Positions 50,501 to 62,500 of a stretch of 64,000 bases of DNA are shown piece by piece. Each line of letters begins with the position of its first letter. The stretch's first letter is position 1. The stretch comes from Pecten maximus. Lineage: Eukaryota. The notes under the pieces are model-generated. The model worked only from the letters and a program-made list of their open reading frames with translations. It did not search any database and was not told the DNA's origin. Location: positions 3,720,001 through 3,784,000 of the forward strand of contig NC_047029.1 of assembly GCF_902652985.1 (NCBI RefSeq), written 5' to 3'. The position numbers were made by a program, and so were the translations under genes.

Positions 50501-53500
50501 TAGTCTATACCTACATCTGTGGTAGTCTATACGTATACCTACACCTGTGGTAGTCTATACCTACACCTGTGATAGTCTATACCTACACCTGTGGTAGTCT
50601 ATACCTACACCTGTGTCAGTCTATACCTACACCTGTGTTAGTCTATACCTACACCTGTGATAGTCTATACCTACACCTGTGGTAGTCTATACCTACACCT
50701 GTGATAGTCTATACCTACACCTGCGTTAGTCTATACCTACACCTGTGTTAGTCTATACCTACACCTGTGTTAGTCTATACCTACACCTGTGATAGTCTAT
50801 ACCTACACCTGTGTTAGTCTATACCTACACCTGTGTTAGTCTATACCTACACCTGTGTTAGTCTATACCTACACCTGTGATAGTCTATACCTTAGTATTA
50901 GCCCAACTCAGTTAGCCTATAAATTGTATATAATTATATGTGTGTATAAAGCCCATACCTACACTGTGTCTTTTTATATATAAAAACATTCACAAGTATA
51001 TCAGCCTATATATACCTACATAATATATATATATATGTTAGACAATATGTATATACACCTGTGTTAAACAATACCTGCAACTTTGCTTGCCTTAATATAT
51101 TTACATATTAATATGAACCTATATATATCAGCCTAAATTAACATAAACATATGCCTATGCACGTGATAGCCTATTCCACATGCATGTTAGCCTATTCCTC
51201 CACCCATTTTATACTACACCTCCACCAATATTAGTATGCCCCTCCACCTGCAGGATAGCCAATCTCTCCTCACCCTATTTTAGGTGGCTACTCAATAATC
51301 TATTTAACACCTTCTTAAGGGGGTTCATTCCTAGGTCCCTTCTCTCCTCAATGTGTACAAGGGGAAACATTTGATTCGTTTTTTCATATCTTATTAACTT
51401 TTAAATAGCACAGTACCAAAAAAATTAAATAGTACAGGTCACAAAAATCATATCATATAGAAAATAATAAAATAAATAAGACAAACTTTAAAAATTAAAA
51501 AAAAAAACACCTTAAAAAAACCTTCCAAAATTTAAATTCTAAAATATATTACAGTGTATTATTGTGTGAGCATCAACTGATTTCTGTCATAAGATAGGGT
51601 TGGAGTTTATCTTTCACATTACAGGGCAGTATAGTGGACCAAACTATATTCCGATGGGTGGACAGATGACCATGTATACAGGACAGATGCAAGTTATGCT
51701 ATTTACTCCTATCATTTTTAATGATATTCATAAATTGATTTATGAACATGGATGAATGGGGTGTATTATATATACAGTATTACAAAGAACAGTGCATCAT
51801 TTAACTTCTACAGGACACACAAGGTCATTCTTGGATAGAGTTTGATCCAGAGAGCAGCACAAAGAGAAGAGAGTGGCTAAAATCCCCGGGATGGGGCAGC
51901 TGGGTGAGAAAGGGGTTAGGCTGTGAAACACCACACCCAATAAGCAAGGTTACAAGCTACAATTCAACACTACCTGTCGCATATATTTCCATCGCCCTTT
52001 TCCACTGTCACACCGCACAAATTTTACTTGATTGTACGCGGCCTCCATACAGATGTTTTCGTCAGTCATTATCTGCTGCTTGCCCGTGTAGGCAAACACC
52101 TGGTGTAATACATGCAGATTTAGCATTATGGACACATGGGAGTGGTAGACATGCCCACAGCTAGGTGGACAAGCCTTACGCCACAGCATGCCAGCCTCAC
52201 AGCTCTGGAAACAATCTTATTAATACCAGCAGCCATGACACAGACGCCTATGTCCACAGACACCAGATACACAGGACACAGGGAGGTAAACTTCAGGATA
52301 ATCTTAATCGTTACAGGTTAATCTGTTGTATCATTAATTAATAATGATTAAAATATGCCACCCAAAGCATGGTACAGAGAAAATGTATGAATAAACAGGA
52401 CAAAAGGTCCATAAACTTTCCATGCAATTAACTGGAAATAGAAATCATAAATCAACATTGGGACATGTTATTTTATCCTGAGAAGTTGACCAGCTGTGTA
52501 ATGCAGTTCCAGTGCGTGTGGTCAGTTGGCATGGCTGGTCAGTTCTGTAGATGTCAGATCAAGGACAGCCAGTTACCTGTCCGTTATAATCCCACTGCTG
52601 GTTGCCACCCAGACCATGACACTGAAACAATTTTACCGGCCCACCGATGGACGACACATCCAAACACAAGTCATCAGTTTGTAAAGCTTTCTTTTTGGTG
52701 TAAGAAAATATCTGAAAGTGTGCAGTCATGGTTAATCAAATTAACGATTTAATGATTATTCTTATTTCCAGACATCCCTTTATCAGAAGATCAACATAAG
52801 TAATTCATAACAATCATTAATATCAATATATATTGCAAGTTTATATTTTGAAATTAAAACATGACATTGTAAAAATGTTGCAGCAAATATTCAAAGAAAC
52901 TATTCCAAGACTGATTTATGTTACCCCACACCCATATGCATGACTTTCTAAAACACAAGACAAGAAGTTAATCTGAAAGTCTTGAAGGAGTCTTGAACAC
53001 CAATTCTCAAAATCCACCTAGATTGCATATTCTTTACTTGTGAATTGAACCAAAGCCTTTTAAATTGTTTTATCATAGTTTTTACCCATTCTTTCAATTG
53101 ATTCCTCTACCCTACCTGTTTGTCTCCCTTGAAATATTGTCTATTTTTATTGATGGCATCTCCTAAAGTATTGTCCAACTACCTCCCCTGTTTTTATTGA
53201 CGGCATCTCCTAAAATATTGGCAAAATATTCCCTTGCCCCAGCTACCTAAATGCATTCCATAAAATATATGATTAATTCCCATCTTACATAGTTAACTCC
53301 TCTATAATATCCAAATACTTCCCCTGCCTTGCCTAGCTGCCTGTCGTTATTTATGTGATAAATTCATCATTCATTCTTGCCTAGTTACCTCCCCTATAAT
53401 ATCTGATTACCTCCCCTGCCTAACCTAGTTACCTCCCCTATAATATCTGATTATCTCCCCTACCTTACCTGGATACCTCCCCTATAATATCTGAATACCT

Positions 53501-56500
53501 CCCCTGTCTTACATAGTTACCTCCCCTGCCTTACATAGTTACCTCCCCTATAATATCCGATTACTTCCCCATCTTACCTGGTTGCCGCCCATGCCATGAC
53601 AGTTGACAAGGCCAACTTTCTCCCCGCTCTTCCTTCCCATACTGTCCACACAGTGACCTGTCTCTTTGTTACGAATCTGTTAACATAAAACAGGTATGAC
53701 GAATCTGTTAACATGAAACAGGTATGACGAATGTGTTACCATATAACAGGTATGACGAATGTGTTAACATAAAACAGGTATGATGAATGTGTTACCATAT
53801 AACAGGTATGACAAATCTGTTAACATAAAACAGGTATGACGAATCTGTTATAACAGGTAACCGGTATGACAAATCTGTTAACATGAAACAGGTATGACAA
53901 ATCTGTTAACATGAAACAGGTATGACAAAGTGTTGTAATGAAAAAAGAATATTTCTTATTGCGTATAATATAACATTTTACTTTAAAGGAATCAACAAAA
54001 CCTACATACCTATATGTATGCATTCTGGTGTATTTTTTTTCTCTGCATAAATTGGGATTAAAATATTTATTAAAACTTTATTAAAACTTCTATGTTTGAC
54101 TGTAGATGTTCAGATTTAAAGAGAACCCTCTCCTAACAAAGGCTTAAATATAGATAGGTGCACTGTATATAGAGTATATAGTAATAACGATAGTGAGTTC
54201 CAGTATAGGTACTGGATCCTAACAAACAGATGTTCGCTGGATACGTATTACTAGAAATAGTAAATTGGTAGTGTAGTAATAACTACAGTACAGACAAGTA
54301 AATTGATGAGGCAATTCACCCCTTAATGAAGATGCAAGTAGATTACAAACGATCACATACAAACATTTAACATGAAACAGTTACATAACTTTAGTAGATA
54401 ATCAACAAACAATATCTTTCTGTTTATGTTAATGATCTGTTCGGTCCATAATTCATTCGCTGGAAGCCTATTCTAATTAATCAGAAAAAGAAAATATCTT
54501 TGGTGACATATATATAAATAGATACACAAATGTCTTCATACTGAATGACTTTTGGTCTCCAGTACAAAAGTCACCGATTACCCCCCTACCATTCTAACAC
54601 CAGACACGTTTGTAAATGCCAGTAATTCTCACCTCTCCCAAGGCGAAGTAGTCCACTGGCATCTGAGATTCTGGATACACGTTTTCTAAGTACCAGCGGA
54701 AACTTTTACAATTCATTTTCTTCCTCATGTCTTTTCTAGCTGTCACGTCCCCGTAACTGGTACTTTTCACCGCTGCAGTAAATAAGACATTTCAGAACTT
54801 TAATAAATTGTTAAACATGCAGTACCATCCTCTGATGACAAATCACTTTCGAAAGAGAAAGCGTATGAGGAAATAGCACTTGGGGCATTTTTTGAGTGAG
54901 TCTGAACACTGAAAATAGAGCAAAGTTAATCCAGATATAGGATGTACAGCATCTTTGCTTAAAAAAAAGATCCACAGGTCAGGAGTAAAAAGATGAATTC
55001 ATTCCACAGCTTCCTGAGGCAAAGTTAAATGGGAACATCCAATAAACTTCCTTAATATAGACCAAAATCATTATTTTCTACCTCAAAATTCTGTGATTAA
55101 TGAATCTTAAATTCAAAAGAAATCAAAAGTGAAGATTCATACCCTTAACCATCTGTTTGTCTGGTTAGAAGGAGACAGCAAATGTAGAAGAGAAAGATTG
55201 ATACCTGGATTTATTTTATAGAAGAATTCCTTGTATTCATCCATCCACACCTCCACAATACGTTGTGTGTTGTGGTTGATGATGCGTGCCACGCCCCCAG
55301 GCCAGGAGTATGGTGAGGTCTTCCTGAACACGTGTCCGACTCTGGAGCAGGTCACAATAAACACCTGTCCGCCGCACATCCATACCTACAAAACAGGGAG
55401 ATTGATACACATCCATACGTACAAAACAGGGAGATTGATACACATCCATACGTACAAAACAGGGAGATTGATACACATCCATACCTACAAAACAGGGAGA
55501 TTGATACACATCCATACGTACAAAACAGGGAGATTGATACACATCCATACGTACAAAACAGGGAGATTGATACACATCCATACCTACAAAACAGGGAGAT
55601 TGATACACATCCATACGTACAAAACAGGGAGATGTATACACATCCATACGTACAAAACAGGGAGATGGATACACATCCATACGTACAAAACAGGGAGATT
55701 GATACACATCCATACCTACAAAACAGGGAGATGGATACACATCCATACCTACAAAACAAGGAGATTGATACACATCCATACGTACAAAATAGGGAGATTG
55801 ATACACATCCATACCTACAAAACAGGGAGATTGATACACATCCATACGTACAAAACAGGGAGATTGATACACATCCATACCTACAAAACAGGGAGATGTA
55901 TACACATCCATACCTACAAAATAAGGGAGACGGACACACATCCATACCTACAAAACAGGGAGATGTATACACATCCATACCTACAAAACAGGGAGATTGA
56001 TACACATCCATACGTACAAAACAGGGAGATTGATACACATCCATACGTACAAAACAGGGAGATGTATACACATCCATACGTACAAGTCCCTAACACTCCC
56101 CTACCCCATATATACAATACTTACTCAGTGAAGGGCATCTCTAAGTCCCTAACACTCCCCTACCCCATATATACAATACTTACTCAGTGAAGGACATCTC
56201 TAAGTCCCTAACACTCCCCTACCCCCTATATACAATACTTACTCAGTGAAAAACATCTCCAAGTCCCTAACACTCCCCTACCCCATATATACAATACTTA
56301 CTCAGTGAAGGACATCTCCAAGTCCCTAACACTCCCCTACCCCATATATACAATACTTACTCAGTGAAGGACATCTCTAAGTCACTAACACTCCCCTACC
56401 CCATATATACCATACTTACTCAGTGAAGGACATCTCCAAGTCCCTAACACTCCCCTACCCCATATATACAATACTTACTCAGTGAAAAACATCTCCAAGT

Positions 56501-59500
56501 CCCTAACACTCCCCTACCCCATACAATACTCACTCTGAAAGGCATCTCTAAGTCCCTAACACTCCCCTACCCCATACAATACTCACTCTGAAGGACATCT
56601 CTAAGTCCCTAACACTCCCCTACCCCATATATACAATACTTACTCAGTGAAGGACATCTCTAAGTCCCTAACACTCCCCTACCCCATATATACAATACTT
56701 ACTCAGTGAAGGACATCTCTAAGTCCCTAACACTCCCCTACCCCATATATACAATACTTACTCAGTGAAGGACATCTCCAAGTCCCTAACACTCCCCTAC
56801 CCCATATATACAATACTTACTCAGTGAAAAACATCTCCAAGTCCCTAACACTCCCCTACACCATATATACAATACTTACTCAGTGAAGGACATCTCCAAG
56901 TCCCTAACACTCCCCTACACCATATATACAATACTTACTCAGTGAAAAACATCTCCAAGTCCCTAACACTCCCCTACACCATATATACAATACTTACTCA
57001 GTGAAGGACATCTCCAAGTCCCTAACACTCCCCTACCCCATATATACAATACTTACTCAGTGAAGGACATCTCTAAGTCCCTAACACTCCCCTACCCCAT
57101 ATATACAATACTTACTCAGTGAAGGACATCTCTAAGTCCCTAACACTCCCCTACCCCATATATACAATACTTACTCAGTGAAGGACATCTCTAAGTCCCT
57201 AACACTCCCCTACCCCATATATACAATACTTACTCAGTGAAGGACATCAGTCCCTAACACTCCCCTACCCCATATATACAATACTTACTCAGTAAAGGAT
57301 ATCTCTAAGTCCCTAACACTCCCCTACCCCATACATCTCTAAGTCCCTAACACTCCCCTACCCCATATATACAATACTTACTCAGTGAAGGACATCTCTA
57401 AGTCCCTAACACTCCCCTACCCCCTATATACAATACTTACTCAGTGAAAAAACATCTCCAAGTCCCTAACACTCCCCTACCCCATATATACAATACTTAC
57501 TCAGTGAAGGACATCTCCAAGTCCCTAACACTCCCCTACCCCATATATACAATACTTACTCAGTGAAGGACATCTCTAAGTCACTAACACTCCCCTACCC
57601 CATATATACCATACTTACTCAGTGAAGGACATCTCCAAGTCCCTAACACTCCCCTACCCCATATATACAATACTTACTCAGTGAAAAACATCTCCAAGTC
57701 CCTAACACTCCCCTACCCCATACAATACTCACTCTGAAGGACATCTCTAAGTCCCTAACACTCCCCTACCCCATACAATACTCACTCTGAAGGGCATCTC
57801 TAAGTCCCTAACACTCCCCTACCCCATATATACAATACTTACTCTGAAGGACATCTCTAAGTCCCTAACACTCCCCTACCCCATACAATACTCACTCTGA
57901 AGGGCATCTCTAAGTCCCTAACACTCCCCTACCCCATACAATACTCACTCTGAAGGACATCTCTAAGTCCCTAACACTCCCCTACCCCATATATACAATA
58001 CTTACTCAGTGAAGGACATCTCTAAGTCCCTAACACTCCCCTACCCCATATATACAATACTTACTCAGTGAAGGACATCTCCAAGTCCCTAACACTCCCC
58101 TACACCATATATACAATACTTACTCAGTGAAAAACATCTCCAAGTCCCTAACACTCCCCTACACCATATATACAATACTTACTCAGTGAAGGACATCTCC
58201 AAGTCCCTAACACTCCCCTACCCCATATATACAATACTTACTCAGTGAAGGACATCTCTAAGTCCCTAACACTCCCCTACCCCATATATACAATACTTAC
58301 TCAGTGAAGGACATCTCTAAGTCCCTAACACTCCCCTACCCCATATATACAATACTTACTCAGTGAAGGACATCTCTAAGTCCCTAACACTCCCCTACCC
58401 CATATATACAATACTTACTCAGTGAAGGACATCAGTCCCTAACACTCCCCTACCCCATATATACAATACTTACTCAGTAAAGGATATCTCTAAGTCCCTA
58501 ACACTCCCCTACCCCATACATCTCTAAGTCCCTAACACTCCCCTACCCCATATATACAATACTTACTCAGTGAAGGACATCTCTAAGTCCCTAACACTCC
58601 CCTACCCCCTATATACAATACTTACTCAGTGAAAAACATCTCCAAGTCCCTAACACTCCCCTACCCCATATATACAATACTTACTCAGTGAAGGACATCT
58701 CCAAGTCCCTAACACTCCCCTACCCCATATATACAATACTTACTCAGTGAAGGACATCTCTAAGTCACTAACACTCCCCTACCCCATATATACCATACTT
58801 ACTCAGTGAAGGACATCTCCAAGTCCCTAACACTCCCCTACCCCATATATACAATACTTACTCAGTGAAAAACATCTCCAAGTCCCTAACACTCCCCTAC
58901 CCCATACAATACTCACTCTGAAGGACATCTCTAAGTCCCTAACACTCCCCTACCCCATACAATACTCACTCTGAAGGGCATCTCTAAGTCCCTAACACTC
59001 CCCTACCCCATATATACAATACTTACTCTGAAGGACATCTCTAAGTCCCTAACACTCCCCTACCCCATACAATACTCACTCTGAAGGGCATCTCTAAGTC
59101 CCTAACACTCCCCTACCCCATACAATACTCACTCTGAAGGACATCTCTAAGTCCCTAACACTCCCCTACCCCATATATACAATACTTACTCAGTGAAGGA
59201 CATCTCTAAGTCCCTAACACTCCCCTACCCCATATATACAATACTTACTCAGTGAAGGACATCTCTAAGTCCCTAACACTCCCCTACCCCATATATACAA
59301 TACTTACTCAGTGAAGGACATCTCCAAGTCCCTAACACTCCCCTACCCCATATATACAATACTTACTCAGTGAAAAACATCTCCAAGTCCCTAACACTCC
59401 CCTACACCATATATACAATACTTACTCAGTGAAGGACATCTCCAAGTCCCTAACACTCCCCTACACCATATATACAATACTTACTCAGTGAAAACATCTC

Positions 59501-62500
59501 CAAGTCCCTAACACTCCCCTACACCATATATACAATACTTACTCAGTGAAGGACATCTCCAAGTCCCTAACACTCCCCTACCCCATATATACAATACTTA
59601 CTCAGTGAAGGACATCTCTAAGTCCCTAACACTCCCCTACCCCATATATACAATACTTACTCAGTGAAGGACATCTCTAAGTCCCTAACACTCCCCTACC
59701 CCATATATACAATACTTACTCAGTGAAGGACATCTCTAAGTCCCTAACACTCCCCTACCCCATATATACAATACTTACTCAGTGAAGGACATCAGTCCCT
59801 AACACTCCCCTACCCCATATATACAATACTTACTCAGTAAAGGATATCTCTAAGTCCCTAACACTCCCCTACCCCATACATCTCTAAGTCCCTAACACTC
59901 CCCTACCCCATACATACAATACTTACTCAGTGAAAAACATCTCTAAGTCCCTAACACTCCCCTACCCCATACATACAATAATTACTCAGTGAAGGGCATC
60001 TCTAAGTCCCTAACACTCCCCTACCCCATGTATACAATACTTACTCAGTGAAGGACATCTCTAAGTCCCTAACACTCCCCTACCCCATATATACAATACT
60101 TACTCAGTGAAGGACATGTCTAAGTCCCTAACACTCCCCTACCCCATATATACAATACTTACTCAGTGAAGGGCATCTCTAAGTCCCTAACACTCCCCTA
60201 CCCCATACATCTCTAAGTCCCTAACACTCCCCTACCCCATATATACAATACTTACTCAGTGAAGGGCATCTCTAAGTCCCTAACACTCCCCTACCCCATA
60301 CATCTCTAAGTCGCTAACACTCCCCTACCCCATATATACAATACTTACTCAGTGAAGGACATCTCTAAGTCCCTAACACTCCCCTACCCCATATATACAA
60401 TACTTACTCAGTGAAGGACATCTCTAAGTCCCTAACACTCCCCTACCCCATATATACAATACTTACTCAGTGAAGGACATCTCTAAGTCCCTAACACTCC
60501 CCTACCCCATACAATACTCACTCTGAAGGACATCTCTAAGTCCCTAACACTCCCCTACCCCATACAATACTCACTCTGAAGGACATCTCTAAGTCCCTAA
60601 CACTCCCCTACCCCATACAATACTTACTCAGTGAAGGACATCTCTAAGTCCCTAACACTCCCCTACCCCATACAATACTCACTCTGAAGGACATCTCCAA
60701 GTTTTCACCGCCCCATATATCCATGCCTTCATCGTAGGAGCCAACCTCATAGAAGTAGCTTCTATCAATGGCAAATAGCCCACCTGCCATTGTAGGAGTT
60801 CTGTGAATACAAATATCAGTTTTACTAAATACATTGTAAGAGTTCATTTAATATAAACATCATACTAAATATCTGTCACCAAAGTCAAAACAGCTGAAGT
60901 TGGCTTTGTCTTTAGTATGTGTAGTGATCATTGGAGAAGTTGTAAGTTTACCCCCATAGATCTTCTACATCATATGACTGAAATCTTTACTCAAATATCC
61001 AGCATTTAAATTCATATTTAGTGCTTTACCCAGGCATTGTCTACTGCAAGCAACTGGAACTCACAAAAAAAAAAAATATGTAGCAAAATATAGATGAAGA
61101 TTTCTGAGAAGTTTTTTTTATAAGTCAGGATCAATAGAATCTATCATGGGTTTGTTCCGTGGACAGGGATATATCAACCCGAGTGTAAGAGTTTGGCCAG
61201 TCAGCACGAGGCTTGTGTCACATAGCGCGTGCGGCTGTCTTTACCCCCCCTCCCCCCGATCGATTTATCTTTTCCCTAGCAACCGTCATATAACCCTGTG
61301 AAGTATGGGAGAAAAATCAATATCTATAGCTAGTGTGTCTACAGTTTCCATAATTTGTCGGGTAACTGTGCGATCTCCATTTCTGAGAAGTTATTTTATA
61401 AGTCAGGATAAATGAATCCATATCTAGTGTGTCTACAGTTTCCATACTTTGTCGAGTTACTGCGACCTACATTTCTGAGAAGTTATTTTATAAGTCAGGA
61501 TAAATGAATCAATATCTAGTGTGTCTACAGTTTCCATACTTTGTGGGGTTACTGCGATCTCCATTTCTGAGAAGTTATTTTATAAGTCAGGATAAATAAA
61601 TCAATATCTAGTGTGTCTACAGTTTCCATACTTTGTCGGGTTACTGCGACCTACATTTCTGAGAAGTTATTTTATAAGTCAGGATAAATGAATCAATATC
61701 TAGTGTGTCTACAGTTTCCATACTTTGTGGGGTTACTACGACCTACATTTCTGAGAAGTTATTTTATAAGTCAGGATAAATGAATCAATATCTAGTGTGT
61801 CTACAGTTTCCATACTTTGTGGGGTTACTACGACCTACATTTCTGAGAAGTTATTTTATAAGTCAGGATAAATGAATCAATATCTAGTGTGTCTACATTT
61901 CCATACTTTGTGGGGTTACTGCGATCTCCATTTCGTCGGTCCAGCTCCCTCTGCGGTACAGGATACCACCTAAAGTTGAGTTTCCAGTTAAAACCACCCC
62001 AGGTCATATCAGATCCAGTAATATATTCAAACGTGTCATCACTGATGACGTCAATGATTGGGCAAACCACAGAGGTCCTACAACAGAACATAACATAGAA
62101 GAGTCAACACTTGTTGTTTAAGATAATATATACAAACAACAAAACACAACAAAGTCAACACTCATGTTTTAGAATCTATTCACATACCAAATAAGAGTTG
62201 TTTTGATCAAAATCACTGGTTATAGCTTAATCTTGATTAGGCCAAATAAAATTAATTTCTTGTTTCTCAGGCCCGCCCGCATCCAATATGAACCCCCCGC
62301 ACCACTCACTTTTTATTGAAATCAAAAAATAAAAACGTCCGCGCCGAAAAATAAATTCCGGAAAAAAATCCGACCTTGGTTGCCGCAATATCCGGAACTT
62401 GCCCGATCCGTGTTTTAGAATCTCCCAAATCAGATCATTGAAACGTTTGTTTATCTTTTAGAAGCTTGATTTTTCGATTGCACATGGTAGCAATGATTTC

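Noticed and set aside
55231-56190. Four long overlapping ORFs
   Set aside because: 33-bp repeat artefact; the true GALNT frame has TAG at each intact unit
56086-60682. Telomeric repeat (ccctaa) or micro-exon cassettes in the donor array
   Set aside because: Only one TTAGGG per unit; the implied introns of about 40 nt lack a pyrimidine tract
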